DNA of 64,000 nt from an uncultured Verrucomicrobiae bacterium (GCA_963782115.1 CAWAIK010000003.1:288001-352000); one strand, 5' to 3'; shown: positions 1 through 10,620, counted from the stretch's first letter. Made by a program: numbers and translations. The notes: generated from the letters alone by a model not told the origin.

Positions 1-518
1 ACGGTCTGATGGCGGAATTCGCGAAACCCGAAGAGTTGCTGCGTGCTGCGCAGGGAGCTTACAAGGCCGGATACCGGAAAATGGACGCCTACAGTCCTTC
101 GCAGATCGACGGCGTGGCAGAAGCGATCGGTTTCACAAAGACGCGCGTACCACTTGTGGTTCTCGTTGCCGGCATCTTGGGCGCCGTCACCGCGTACGGC
201 ATGCAGTATTACTCCGCGGTTCATGATTATCCGCTGAACGTCGGGGGCCGACCCCTTCACAGTTGGCCGGCGTTCATTCCCATTACCTTCGAATTAACAG
301 TGCTCTTTGCCGCCTTCGCCGCTGTGATCGGAATGCTTGCTATGAACCGGCTACCAAAGCCCTACCACCCGGTTTTCAATACTCCGGAGTTCAAGCTGGC
401 GAGCCAGACGCGCTTCTTCCTCTGTCTAGAAGCATCTGATATTCAATTCGACCGGCACAGCGCACGGCATTTTCTCGAATCGTTAGGTCCGATAGCAATT
501 CACGAGGTAGAACTATGA
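1..518 (+). CDS. actD: Alternative complex III subunit ActD (DUF3341 membrane protein), probably 5'-truncated by the window edge
   Basis: Motifs MDAYSP, GGRPLHSWPAFIPITFELTVL, LPKPYHPVFN; the frame is open upstream of the ATG at 9; lies directly upstream of actE and actF. Confidence 0.85.
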   Translation, partial: GLMAEFAKPEELLRAAQGAYKAGYRKMDAYSPSQIDGVAEAIGFTKTRVPLVVLVAGILGAVTAYGMQYYSAVHDYPLNVGGRPLHSWPAFIPITFELTVLFAAFAAVIGMLAMNRLPKPYHPVFNTPEFKLASQTRFFLCLEASDIQFDRHSARHFLESLGPIAIHEVEL

Positions 519-1084
519 AACTCCTGGTCACTGCTCTCGTGCTCTCGGTCATCAGCACTGGCTGTCGCAAGGGAATGGTGAACCAGCAATATCTTAAACC
601 ATTGGCTGAAGAAGAGTTTTTCAAAGACGGAAGTGCTTCGCGCCCGATTCCGCCGCACACCGTTGCTCGAGGTCATCTGGATGAGGACGCGCATTTCTTC
701 GAAGGGAAGGTTGATGGGCGACTAGTCACCACTTTTCCGGCCCCAGTCACGCGTGAGATGATTGCGCACGGGCGTGAGGGCTTTGATATCTACTGCGCCG
801 TTTGTCACGGCAGGACCGGGGCTGGCGATGGAATGATCGTTCAGCGAGGTTTTCCGCCGCCGCCTTCGTTGCACGAGGAACGCCTGCGCCAAGCGCCGGT
901 GGGACATTTCTTTGATGTGATCACAAACGGCTATGGAATAATGTATCCCTATGCGTCCCGTGTGACGACTGCCGATCGATGGGCGATCATCGCTTACATT
1001 CGCGCGCTGCAACTGAGCCAGCACTCGACGCTTGATGATGTTGAGCCGGCAGAGCGCGAGCAACTCCAAACCGCCGAGAAATGA
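515..1084 (+). CDS. actE: Alternative complex III monoheme cytochrome c lipoprotein ActE
   Basis: Lipobox-like ISTGC, heme motif CAVCH, GDGMIVQRGF, GYGIMYPYA, DRWAIIAYIRALQ; ATGA overlap with actD. Confidence 0.88.
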   Translation: MKLLVTALVLSVISTGCRKGMVNQQYLKPLAEEEFFKDGSASRPIPPHTVARGHLDEDAHFFEGKVDGRLVTTFPAPVTREMIAHGREGFDIYCAVCHGRTGAGDGMIVQRGFPPPPSLHEERLRQAPVGHFFDVITNGYGIMYPYASRVTTADRWAIIAYIRALQLSQHSTLDDVEPAEREQLQTAEK

Positions 1085-2235
1085 TGGACTCCGCACTGTC
1101 CTCACGCTTGAACCGGTTCCAGCGATACGTGCTGTTCGTCGGTATCGCGGCGGCAGCGCTTTCGTTACTGGGCGGGATTTTCAATCACGCGCAATTCTTC
1201 GAATCGTACCTGTTCGCCTGGCTCTTCTGGAGCGGATTATCGATGGGCGCACTCGTCATTGTGATGATGCAATTTCTGACCGGCGGCATGTGGGGCCTGG
1301 CGATTCGTCGATTTTCCGAAGCCGCTTTTATGGCTCTTCCGGTAATCGCGCTGCTTTTTGTACCGGTGCTCTTTGGGATGCAGGATTTGTTTCCGTGGTC
1401 GCGAGCAGATGCGGTTCATACGCATGCCTGGGTACACAAGCACGCCTATCTCAACACCCCATTCTTCGTTGCGAGAACGATATTCTATTTTGCCGTAGTC
1501 ATCACGATGGCGGTATTGCTTCGCCGTTGGTCCCGTCAGCAAGAGGATGGTGATGCTCTTGCTCCGCGACGCCTGCGCATTTTGAGTGGCGGCGGTCTAG
1601 TCCTCTATGTGCTCTGTATGAATTTTGCATCTACCGACTGGGTGATGTCACTCGAGCCGGAGTGGTATTCCACCATCTTCGTCACCGTCTTCATGGCTGG
1701 ACAGTTCCTCGCGGCGCTCGCTCTCATGACTGCACTGCTCGCCGCGTTTTCTGAGCACGCATCCCTTTCTTGGAGCATACCAACCAAAGTCTTTCACGAC
1801 CTCGGCAACATGCTTCTCGCGTTCGTGATTTTCTGGATCTACGTCTCGTTTTCGCAATTTCTGGTGATTTGGTCCGGCAATTTACCGAAGGAAATTTCAT
1901 GGTACTTGCACCGCAGCACCGGTGGCTGGCAATGGGTCGCCCTGGTGCTGATGCTTTGTCAGTTCTTCATTCCTCTTGCGCTCCTGCTCTCGCGTGACGC
2001 AAAGCGCCACAAATCGCGGCTGGCCGCAATCTCCGCGCTTGTCGTCCTGGCCAACATCGTAAATAATTTCTGGCTCGTCGCGCCGGCATTTCATCCGAAG
2101 CGGTTCTCTGTCCACTGGATGGACTTAGCTGAGCTTCTTGCTCTGGGCGGAATTTGGAGCGGCACGTTCATTTTCTTCCTGAAACGCCGGCCTTTATTGC
2201 CACTTTCTCCAACGGAGGGCGTTCGCGATGGATGA
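1081..2235 (+). CDS. actF: Alternative complex III membrane subunit ActF (NrfD-like)
   Basis: Multi-TM protein with YLNTPFF, DWVMSLEPEWYST, HDLGNMLLAF, FSQFLVIWSGNLPKEI. Confidence 0.85.
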   Translation: MMDSALSSRLNRFQRYVLFVGIAAAALSLLGGIFNHAQFFESYLFAWLFWSGLSMGALVIVMMQFLTGGMWGLAIRRFSEAAFMALPVIALLFVPVLFGMQDLFPWSRADAVHTHAWVHKHAYLNTPFFVARTIFYFAVVITMAVLLRRWSRQQEDGDALAPRRLRILSGGGLVLYVLCMNFASTDWVMSLEPEWYSTIFVTVFMAGQFLAALALMTALLAAFSEHASLSWSIPTKVFHDLGNMLLAFVIFWIYVSFSQFLVIWSGNLPKEISWYLHRSTGGWQWVALVLMLCQFFIPLALLLSRDAKRHKSRLAAISALVVLANIVNNFWLVAPAFHPKRFSVHWMDLAELLALGGIWSGTFIFFLKRRPLLPLSPTEGVRDG

Positions 2236-3052
2236 GCAAACTCAGCAGCGGATTGGATGCGAAACGCGTGGGATCAATCTCCGGGTGGTGAGTTGCGCCG
2301 CGATCGGTCTCGTCGTTTCAGCCATTGCGATTTACGTGACGGTTGGAATCTTGTTCTTCAAGCGCCCGCACCCATCCGCCGGCGAACCATCCAGGACTAC
2401 AAGGAGAGCGCGGGCCGTGGATGAGCAAAACCAGACGCGGATTGGCCGCGAAAGCCGGGAAATCAACCTTCGCGCGGTGACTGGCGCCGTGATTGATTTC
2501 GTCGTTTTAACAATTGCAATTTACCCGACGGTGAGCGCCTTATTCAATTCTTTGAAGCGTCAATATCCATCCGCCAGCGCGCCGTCGCGGATTATAAAGA
2601 GAGAGACTGCAATGGATGAGCCAAGCCAGCAGCAGAAGGGACATGAAACCCGTGACCTCAACCTCGGCGCGGTGACTTGGACCGCGGTCGGCCTCGTCGT
2701 TTCAGCCGTTGCGATTTATGTGACGATGGGCGGCTTGTTCAACTTTTTCAAGAGTCAACATCCGTCCGCCAGCGCCCCATCGCGGATCACCGCGCCGGCT
2801 AAGTTACCCTCGCAGCCGCGGCTCCAAGCCAATCCAGCGTACGATTTGCAACAGCTTCGGGAGGTGGAAAATGCGAAGCTGAGCAGCTATGGCTGGATCG
2901 ATAAAAACGCGGGCATCGTGCGGATTCCAATCGATCACGCGATTGATTTGCTGGCCGAACGTGGGTTGCCAGCGCGCGGCAATAGCAACGACATCGGAAA
3001 CAAAACACCGCTCCAGATGCGGCAAGAAAAGGCGAAGGTCTCGCATCCATGA
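2228..3052 (+). CDS. Membrane protein between actF and SCO (possibly ActG-like) with a triplicated N-terminal TM module
   Basis: Overlaps both neighbours; C-terminal PRLQANP...LSSYGWIDKNAGIVRIPIDHAIDLL; three repeats of about 63-65 aa starting at 2228, 2417 and 2612. Confidence 0.7.
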   Translation: MDEQTQQRIGCETRGINLRVVSCAAIGLVVSAIAIYVTVGILFFKRPHPSAGEPSRTTRRARAVDEQNQTRIGRESREINLRAVTGAVIDFVVLTIAIYPTVSALFNSLKRQYPSASAPSRIIKRETAMDEPSQQQKGHETRDLNLGAVTWTAVGLVVSAVAIYVTMGGLFNFFKSQHPSASAPSRITAPAKLPSQPRLQANPAYDLQQLREVENAKLSSYGWIDKNAGIVRIPIDHAIDLLAERGLPARGNSNDIGNKTPLQMRQEKAKVSHP

Positions 3053-3840
3053 AAGCATTTCTGGTCGCGTTCTGTTTTCTGGCAATGTTGTCTGGCGCGG
3101 TCGCCCAAAATCCGCAGACTGAGCTCACGGCCAAGGCAGGCCTCGACCAAAAATTGGATGCGCAGGTGCCGCTCAATCTCACCTTCCGCGACGAGCATGG
3201 GACAGCCGTTCAACTGGGAAAATTTTTTGGGGTGAAGCCTTTGGTTCTGGTTCTCGCTTACTATGAATGCCCAAGCTTGTGCACTCTGGTCCTGAACGCG
3301 CTTCTGCAGAGTGCACAGGATTTGAAATTCGACGCCGGGAGGGAATACCAAATCTTGGTCGTCAGCATCAATCCACGGGAAAGCCCGGCGCTCGCGGCCG
3401 CCAAGAAACAGCTTTACATCCAACGTTATGGCCGGCCGGGAAGCGAAGACGGCTGGCATTTTCTGACTGGAGATGAAGCCGCGATCCAGCAACTTGCGCA
3501 AAGCATCGGATATCGATTCGTTTACGATCCGCAAACAAGGCAATTCGCGCATCCAAGTGTTATTACGGTGCTTACGCCTGGCGGTAAGGTTTCTCGTTAT
3601 TTTGCCGGAATTGAGTACCGGCCAAAAGAAGTGCGCTTAGCACTCATCGAAGCTTCCAATAGCCGTATAGGCTCCCTTACGGATCAGCTATTTTTGCTTT
3701 GCTTCCATTACAATCCCGCGACCGGGAAGTACGGACTAGTCGTCACGCGCGTCATTCAGTTCGCCGGCATCAGTACGGTAATAGTGCTGGGCAGTTTGAT
3801 AACCTTGATGGTCCGACGCGAGCACTCCGCGGCGAGTTAA
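3049..3840 (+). CDS. SCO1/SenC family copper chaperone
   Basis: Signal peptide, YYECPSLC (CxxxC), WHFLTG, QFAHP; located in the oxidase operon. Confidence 0.9.
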   Translation: MKAFLVAFCFLAMLSGAVAQNPQTELTAKAGLDQKLDAQVPLNLTFRDEHGTAVQLGKFFGVKPLVLVLAYYECPSLCTLVLNALLQSAQDLKFDAGREYQILVVSINPRESPALAAAKKQLYIQRYGRPGSEDGWHFLTGDEAAIQQLAQSIGYRFVYDPQTRQFAHPSVITVLTPGGKVSRYFAGIEYRPKEVRLALIEASNSRIGSLTDQLFLLCFHYNPATGKYGLVVTRVIQFAGISTVIVLGSLITLMVRREHSAAS

Positions 3841-3851
3841 CAGGCAGTCCT

Positions 3852-4802
3852 ATGCGCCGGCTTTTCTCCTTCATCTTCCCAGATCAGGCCTCCAACCTAG
3901 CGCCTTCAGTTGATGCAATTTTTTTCTTACTTGTTGTGCTTTGCGGTTTCATCACACTGCTGGTCTTCGCGGTCGCGCTGTTCTTTTGTGTCAGGTTCCG
4001 ACGTGGTTCTAAAGTGGATCGAACTCCTCCAAAAGGCGGGACGCTTCGATTTGAGATCTCATGGACGCTTATCCCATTCCTCGTTTTTTGCGGACTGTTC
4101 TTTTGGGCGGCGGACGTTTACTTCGCGATGTCCAGGCCGCCGGCGGATGCAACTGAGATCCACGTCGTAGGGAAACAATGGATGTGGAAAATACAACACC
4201 CGGATGGTCGGCGTGAAATCAATGAGTTGCACGTTCCGGTCGGTCGTCCGGTGAAATTGATCATGACCTCCGAAGACGTGATTCACGATTTTTTCGTTCC
4301 GGCATTTCGTGCCAAACAGGATGTCGTTCCCGGCCGCTATACGACCGAATGGTTCACGCCAACTAAGCCTGGCAGATATCATCTGTTTTGTTCGCAATAC
4401 TGCGGGACCAATCATTCGACCATGGTCGGATGGGTCTACGTGATGGAGTCTGCGGAGCACGCGAAGTGGTTGAACCAAGTTGCTGCCTCAGAATCGCTCG
4501 TCGCTGAGGGCGAGCGCGACTTTCACACTCGTGGCTGTAGCGGTTGTCACGCGCCAAATTCACAGATTCGCGCCCCGCTTCTTGAGGGTATCTATGGCAA
4601 ACCCGTGCCTCTTTCTGACGGCACAATGGTCATCGCTGACGAACAATATCTGCGCGATTCAATTTTACTGCCTAACAAACAGATTGCCGCCGGCTATCAG
4701 CCGGTTATGCCCACGTTCCAAGGTCAAATCAGCGAAGAAGAAGTCAACGCCATCGTCGCGTACTTGAAATCCCTCACGGATTCCGAAAGGAGCCAACAAT
4801 GA
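3852..4802 (+). CDS. ctaC: Cytochrome c oxidase subunit II with C-terminal cytochrome c domain (caa3 type)
   Basis: [14 protein letters not shown], CuA motif [12 protein letters not shown], heme motif CSGCH; likely start is the ATG at 3852. Confidence 0.95.
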   Translation: MRRLFSFIFPDQASNLAPSVDAIFFLLVVLCGFITLLVFAVALFFCVRFRRGSKVDRTPPKGGTLRFEISWTLIPFLVFCGLFFWAADVYFAMSRPPADATEIHVVGKQWMWKIQHPDGRREINELHVPVGRPVKLIMTSEDVIHDFFVPAFRAKQDVVPGRYTTEWFTPTKPGRYHLFCSQYCGTNHSTMVGWVYVMESAEHAKWLNQVAASESLVAEGERDFHTRGCSGCHAPNSQIRAPLLEGIYGKPVPLSDGTMVIADEQYLRDSILLPNKQIAAGYQPVMPTFQGQISEEEVNAIVAYLKSLTDSERSQQ

Positions 4803-6457
4803 GTGCTGTTCCCGTGCAAGCGGCGCCTCAATATGCGCCTGCCCAACAACCGACTTATCTCAATGCGCAACGGACAATTCGTTCCTGGCTCTTAACAACC
4901 GACCATAAGCGAATTGCCCTGCTTTACATGGTGTCGATCACATTCTTCTTTTTCGTCGGTGGCGTAGCGGCAACTTTAATGCGGCTCGAGCTTCTCACTC
5001 CGCGAGGCGATCTCGTCACCTCGGAGACTTACAACAAGCTTTTCACGATTCACGGCGTCGTGATGCTGTGGTTTTTTCTGATTCCGTCCATTCCAACCGT
5101 TCTGGGGAATTTTCTTGTGCCGCTGATGATCGGCGCGCGCGATGTTGCCTTCCCGCGATTAAATCTCGCAAGCTGGTATCTGTTCATGGTGGGCGGCGCA
5201 TTTACCTTGTTTTCGATTATTACTGGCGGCGTTGACACCGGCTGGACCTTCTACACGCCCTACAGCAGCACGTACTCGAACGGACACGTTGTCGCCATGG
5301 CCACCGGAATTTTCATCGCCGGGTTTGGATCCATCGCCACGGGCTTAAACTTCATCGTCACCGTACACACCATGCGCGCACCTGGCTTAACTTGGTGGCG
5401 GCTACCGATCTTCATCTGGTCGCTTTACACGACGAGCATCATTCTCGTCCTGGCCACCCCCGTGCTCGCGATCACGCTTGCGCTGGTGGCTCTTGAGCGG
5501 GTGTTCGGAGTTGGTTTTTTTAATCCGGCGATCGGCGGCGATCCGCTGCTGTTTCAGCATCTGTTCTGGTTCTACTCCCACCCCGCGGTTTACATTATGA
5601 TCTTACCGGGAATGGGCGTCGTCAGTGAGTTGATACCTTGTTTTTCCCGCAAACCACTTTTCGGCTACAAGTTTGTTGCGGTCGCCAGCGTCGCAATTGG
5701 CGTGCTCGGATTTCTCGTCTGGGGCCACCACATGTTCGTTAGCAGCCAGTCCATCTATGCGGGGATGATCTTTTCCATCTTGAGCTTCATGGTTTCGATC
5801 CCCTCCGCGATTAAGGTCTTCAACTGGACGGCCACACTCTATAAAGGCTCAATCTGGTTTCAGACGCCGATGCTGTATGCGCTGTTCTTTATCGGACTCT
5901 TTACAATCGGTGGTCTGACCGGCCTGTTTCTCGCATGTCTCGCAATCGACGTGCACGTACACGACACCTACTTCGTGATCGCTCATTTCCACTACATCAT
6001 GGTCGGCGGCATGGTGATGGCATACCTCGGCGGCATCCATTTTTGGTGGCCGAAAATCTCTGGCCGGATATATCCCGAGTTGCCTGCAAAGCTCGCAGCG
6101 TTAACCGTTTTTCTCGGATTTAATCTGACTTTCTTTCCGCAGTTTATCCTCGGATATCTTGGAATGCCCCGGCGGTATCCCGTTTACGCACCCGAGTTCC
6201 AAGTGCTCAATGTTCTATCCAGTGCCGGCGCGTCGATTCTGGCTGTTGGTTATCTTTTGCCACTAACCTACCTGCTTTGGTCGCTGCGCTACGGCAGAAT
6301 GGCGAGTTCTAATCCCTGGGGGGCGACGGGTCTGGAATGGACAACACATTCACCGCCGCCCAAAGACAATTTCGAAACGACTCCGCTCGTCACGGCGGGA
6401 CCTTATAAATACGATCCGCAAGCTGCGGAAGCGCAGCTGGAGGTAATGCGTGTCTAG
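4799..6457 (+). CDS. ctaD: Cytochrome c oxidase subunit I (A2-type YSHPAVY motif)
   Basis: [50 protein letters not shown]. Confidence 0.97.
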   Translation: MSAVPVQAAPQYAPAQQPTYLNAQRTIRSWLLTTDHKRIALLYMVSITFFFFVGGVAATLMRLELLTPRGDLVTSETYNKLFTIHGVVMLWFFLIPSIPTVLGNFLVPLMIGARDVAFPRLNLASWYLFMVGGAFTLFSIITGGVDTGWTFYTPYSSTYSNGHVVAMATGIFIAGFGSIATGLNFIVTVHTMRAPGLTWWRLPIFIWSLYTTSIILVLATPVLAITLALVALERVFGVGFFNPAIGGDPLLFQHLFWFYSHPAVYIMILPGMGVVSELIPCFSRKPLFGYKFVAVASVAIGVLGFLVWGHHMFVSSQSIYAGMIFSILSFMVSIPSAIKVFNWTATLYKGSIWFQTPMLYALFFIGLFTIGGLTGLFLACLAIDVHVHDTYFVIAHFHYIMVGGMVMAYLGGIHFWWPKISGRIYPELPAKLAALTVFLGFNLTFFPQFILGYLGMPRRYPVYAPEFQVLNVLSSAGASILAVGYLLPLTYLLWSLRYGRMASSNPWGATGLEWTTHSPPPKDNFETTPLVTAGPYKYDPQAAEAQLEVMRV

Positions 6458-7103
6458 CTCCAAAACAGCACCAATTGTTGCGCATCAATTCCAGGACGCC
6501 GCGCAACAGCGAGAAGCTGCGACGATCGGCATGTGGATATTGATCGCGACGGAAATCCTGTTCTTCGGCGCAATGTTTTTAGGTTACACAGCCTACCGCT
6601 ACGCTTATCCGCAGGCGTTTGCGCAGGCGAGCCGGCACACCTTGATCACCTTCGGTGGCACGAATGCCGCCGTGCTTTTGATCAGCAGCACGACCATGGC
6701 ACTCGCAGTGCACTCCGCGAGTCAAAATCGGCGAGGACGACTCGTTTCGCTGCTACTCGTGACCGCATCCTTGGGTGCACTGTTTCTCATTATTAAAGGG
6801 TTCGAATATGCACACGAAATAAAGGAGAACTTGTTACCGGGTTCCTCTTTCCATATTGTAGCCGCGGAGCCTCTGAAGGCAGAAATGTTTTTCTACATTT
6901 ACTGGTTAATGACGGGCTTCCATGCGCTCCACGTCACTATCGGCGTGGTCTTGATATTGATCTTCGCGGCACGCGCCTGCTTTACTAATGCCTTTGTTAA
7001 TCACGAAACGCCTGTCGACTTGCTCGGCCTCTACTGGCATTTCGTGGATATCGTTTGGGTATTCCTATTTCCGCTCCTTTACCTCGTCGATCGACATTCA
7101 TGA
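6450..7103 (+). CDS. ctaE: Cytochrome c oxidase subunit III
   Basis: [37 protein letters not shown]. Confidence 0.95.
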   Translation: MSSSKTAPIVAHQFQDAAQQREAATIGMWILIATEILFFGAMFLGYTAYRYAYPQAFAQASRHTLITFGGTNAAVLLISSTTMALAVHSASQNRRGRLVSLLLVTASLGALFLIIKGFEYAHEIKENLLPGSSFHIVAAEPLKAEMFFYIYWLMTGFHALHVTIGVVLILIFAARACFTNAFVNHETPVDLLGLYWHFVDIVWVFLFPLLYLVDRHS

Positions 7104-7384
7104 ATGCAAACGCTTCCGCCGCACGAACCTACATTTTAACTGAAATCGCGCTTCTTGGCTTGCTCGCACTGACCATTGCTGTCGCTTTTCTGAATCTTGG
7201 GCCACTCAACGCAATAATAGCGGCGGCCATCTCAGTTGCCAGCGCTACCCTGATAATTCTTAATTTCATGCATATCCGCCACAGCAAGCCGCTGCTGTGG
7301 ATCTTCGTAGGCGCAGGCTTTTTTTGGCTTGGTATCATGTTCGCCCTCGCGCTTAGTGATTTCATGACTCGGGGGTGGAAGTAA
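7100..7384 (+). CDS. ctaF: Cytochrome c oxidase subunit IV family protein
   Basis: Small three-TM protein with FMHI motif and C-terminal SDFMTR; ATGA overlap with subunit III. Confidence 0.85.
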   Translation: MNANASAARTYILTEIALLGLLALTIAVAFLNLGPLNAIIAAAISVASATLIILNFMHIRHSKPLLWIFVGAGFFWLGIMFALALSDFMTRGWK

Positions 7385-7449
7385 TAGCGTTTCCACCTTG
7401 TCGGGCGTTCGGAAATACAAATAGCCCGGAGTATCAAGCAGGCTGTAGG

Positions 7450-7630
7450 CTTGAACCGATAGCGGCGTTCTTTGACCTCCCAAGGTTCCGGTTCACCATG
7501 TTCCAGTCGCATATAGGCCCGCGGATAAGCCGGACCGCCAAAGCCGATCTCATCCCATGCCCAAGGGTGGGCATAGTAGGCTTCAACGCAATCCTGAACC
7601 AGAAGCGCCCAGTACCGGTGACGCCAGTGT
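7450..7630 (-). pseudogene. C-terminal remnant of a gluconate 2-dehydrogenase subunit 3-like protein
   Basis: YWALLVQDCVEAYYAHPWAWDEIGFGGPAYPRAYMRLEHGEPEPWEV with no N-terminal part. Confidence 0.7.
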
Positions 7631-7744
7631 GCCATCGGACTCGGGCGTCTCCGTCGGAACCAAATAGCAAGAGACGACGATCTTCCCAATCGACGGCCCG
7701 GCTTGGACTGGAGGGTTCATGGTGGGAGAAATCGAGTACTAGCT

Positions 7745-8300
7745 TTTGTGCGGGATAAACGGCAACGGATCGTTGCCGGCAGCAAGCTCGTAGTGACCTC
7801 GTTCGCCCGTGAGCAACGGCCACGCACCTCCCGTGCCAGTGCCGTCGAAAGCTCTGCCGTCCGCCTTCTGACCGTACCCATCGTGATTGTAGCGTAGCCA
7901 CGACGGACCTCCAGGAAGATCGCGCTTCAGGACCTGATCGACCACTGCAATCGAATCGCGCATCAGCGCACTCTGCGCTTCGCGTGGCTGACGAAGATTT
8001 TCCTTTGCTGCTCGAAGGGGATGGCAAGAGCTTGAGAGAGTTTCACTGCGGCACGGAACCAAAACTAAGTCCCAACGTAAACTCGTTTCCTTGACTAAGA
8101 TCGATCTCGTCGGTAAGTGCGATATTACCGTTTTCGGCGCGATCGAACTCGTAATCCATTCGGTAGTTAGGTCCTGCCATCCGTCGCTTTGCCCGACATA
8201 TCCGACTCGCTAGACGATATGTTGTGCCCAGGAAAAAGCAAGCGTTTGTTTCGCTGATATTTGTAGAGGATCCGGTTGCCGTTGGTTTAAATCAGCGCGA
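7745..8300 (-). pseudogene. Decayed, internally deleted GH15 glucoamylase
   Basis: Separate pieces GYVGQSDGWQDL, YRMDYEFDRAENGNIALTDEIDL and WLRYNHDGYGQKADGRAFDGTGTGGAWPLLTGERGHYELAAG, broken by frameshift and stops. Confidence 0.75.
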
Positions 8301-8339
8301 GGGCGCGCGGAATAAACTAAGAGTTCCGGACATATCGGA

Positions 8340-8540
8340 CTGGAATGCCGATGGGATTACCGGCAATTCGGACCTCTCCGAAATCCGCGTAGAAAACGCC
8401 CGAGAGGATGTTCAAGAGAGTGCTTTTGCCCGCGCCGTTTTCGCCCAGCAAGGTATGAACTTCGCCGGGTTTCACCCGAAGGGAAGCGCCGTCCAGGGCC
8501 CGAACCCCGGGAAAAGACTTAGTGATGTTTTCTAAGCTCG
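8340..8540 (-). pseudogene. N-terminal remnant of a sugar ABC transporter ATP-binding protein
   Basis: [16 protein letters not shown]...[16 protein letters not shown] (Walker A); truncated after about 60 aa. Confidence 0.8.
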
Positions 8541-9130
8541 AGGAGGTACTCGCCCATAAAAACCGCTTTGTAGAAGCCAAGTCCGAATGACCACTTCCCA
8601 AGAAGCTCGCTACGACGTTGAACGCCTTGCCTGCAGCGCTGATGGTTGCAAAATCCTATTATTGGAGGGGGCGATTATCTTCCGTTGGAACCAGAGAACC
8701 GGAATCCGGAAGCAGTCTTCAACCAAAAGAGGTATAAACCCAAGAGCAATAGTACGACTGGTCTGTTTATTTACAAAATCGCAAGCGCGCCCGGTAGGGC
8801 TCGACCCGAAGGCAACCGATTTGCTTCACCTCGCTATCCATTATCCCTTGAGAAAAAATTTCCCGTCCTCACCCTGCTTTCGCTAGCGAGTTCTTCAAAT
8901 TGCAAGCGGTCGAGAACGGCCTGAAAAGCGAGCACCCTGCTGGAAGAGGACAGCATGGAATGGCGCGAAGATAAGAAGGGTTTGGGCGATTTATTGCCCC
9001 GGAGGGGCTGCAGGATTCAGCCCAGGGTTTCAACCAACTGATCATTATACACAATTTTTCGGCGGGAAGCGGCCAGAAGCCCAGCGCCACTATCGATTGT
9101 CTGGAAAGCATCGCTCGGTGGTGCCAACAA

Positions 9131-9164
9131 ATACAGGCTGGAAGCATATGCTTCCAGCCTGTAT
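9131..9164. repeat. Perfect 34-bp palindrome formed by two fused REP halves
   Basis: ATACAGGCTGGAAGCATATGCTTCCAGCCTGTAT equals its own reverse complement. Confidence 0.95.
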
Positions 9165-9174
9165 CGAGCGTCGA

Positions 9175-9774
9175 CTACGGTTGGTTCGGGTTCTTATCCG
9201 GGGGCAACGATTTCGGATTGTCTCGAATGTATTGCTCGAAGCGTTCCAGTTGAGCGGCGCTTCTGACAATGTGATCAAAGGATTCCGGATGCCACACGCG
9301 ACCGCGCGAACCGGACATTTTGTTGATCTGGTTTGCCGAAAACGATTTCCACGAATGAAGGATGCCGTCGAGGCGGTGGTCATCGAGCGGTCGAACCAGT
9401 GCGTGAACGTGATTCGGCATTACGATATATTCGCCGAGCGCATACCGTTGCCCATGAAAGAAAATCAAAACGTTTTCGACTAGTCGATAGATCTTCGGGC
9501 GCGCTAAAACGCACCCACCATGGCCGCCATCAAGCCATTCATGAATACGCGTCGAGAAGTTGCGATGATACTCTTCGATTTGGCGTTCGTGGTGAGGAGG
9601 CGGATTGAAGCCGAGCCAAAGTTTTCGTTGTTCTTCTAAAGCTGCCAACTTTTGTGCGGGCAACGAATCGGCCAGGTGGAAAGTTACGAAATAGGTGACG
9701 CCTGCCTGTCTGCGATGGGGAAGGTTGCGACGATAAACCTGGAAATCGGCTTCGGGATCGAAGAAATTTTGCAT
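9175..9774 (-). mobile_element. REP-associated tyrosine transposase (RAYT, Y1 HUH family)
   Basis: RRNLPH, YFVTFHLADSLP, HUH motif MPNHVH, WKSFSA, FDHIVR, YIRDNP; flanked by REP palindromes. Confidence 0.9.
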
Positions 9775-9895
9775 GAAGTAACACAATATACACATGTTGT
9801 GTACATATCCATTTTGAACATAAAGCCGGTCGGTGACTCATGTCGTGGCGGGTACGCGGAAGGATTTCCATACCTCGCGTGCCAGTCCGGAGAGC

Positions 9896-10035
9896 AAAGT
9901 AGCATAGGCTTCCAGCCTGTATCGAGCGTCGACTACGGTTGGCTGGCGTTCTTATCGGGGCCGACGATTTCGGATTGTCTGGAAAAATCGAAGTCGGTTG
10001 GTGGTTCGATACAGGCTGGAAGCATATGCTACTTT
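9896..10035. repeat. Inverted REP doublet (REPIN-like) of GTAG-type REPs
   Basis: GTAGCATAGGCTTCCAGCCTGT at 9899-9920 and inverted ACAGGCTGGAAGCATATGCTAC at 10011-10032; a further copy at about 10119-10145. Confidence 0.9.
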
Positions 10036-10620
10036 ACGCCGTCGCGTCGTTGCTGCGGGTTCGCGGACAAAGCGTCAGGATGTCCTTGCGAGATCGCGCA
10101 GACAGTCGGGAGATCAATGTAGCATAGCATAGGCTTCCAGCCTGTATTTGTTGGCGCCACCGAGCGATGCTTTCAGGTATCCGCCGGTTCTCCGAGTTGT
10201 GTATAATGATCAGGGTTGAAACCCTGGGCTGAATCCTCCTGTTCCTTCGGGACGAAGAACCATCCCAAACAGCCCTTAACTTAGCGACATTCGGGACAGC
10301 ATGTTATCATTAAGCTGGGGGGAGAACAGCGTGTTTATTGCTAATTCTTTTAATCGGCATCTGAATAGTCGGCACCGTCGTCGCCGCAATCGCCGAGGTC
10401 ACCCAGCCACCAGAATGAGAGACGGAATTTTCGATCACTCAGGCTTTCGGGGGTGTAGCTCGGAACTCGCTACGCTGATGGGTGTCACCGTTACCGAAAG
10501 AAGGGTTTTGCGGCCATGCCTCGCCAGACCGTAACTTTTTCCGCTTTCGCTATGCACCAACAAAGGAAGACCGCATGAGACTTTCAAACAGCCGCAGATG
10601 CTCCACGTGAAAGTTCATGC

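Larger units (their letters stand above)
8958..10292. repeat. Long imperfect inverted arms enclosing the RAYT locus
   Basis: 9012-9054 pairs with 10197-10237 and 9104-9145 pairs with 10133-10174; similarity continues to about 8958 and 10292. Confidence 0.85.

Noticed and set aside
10445..10520. GGGGGTGTAGCTCGG resembling a tRNA 5' end
   Set aside because: No T-arm (GTTCGA), no acceptor-stem pairing and no CCA at the expected distance.
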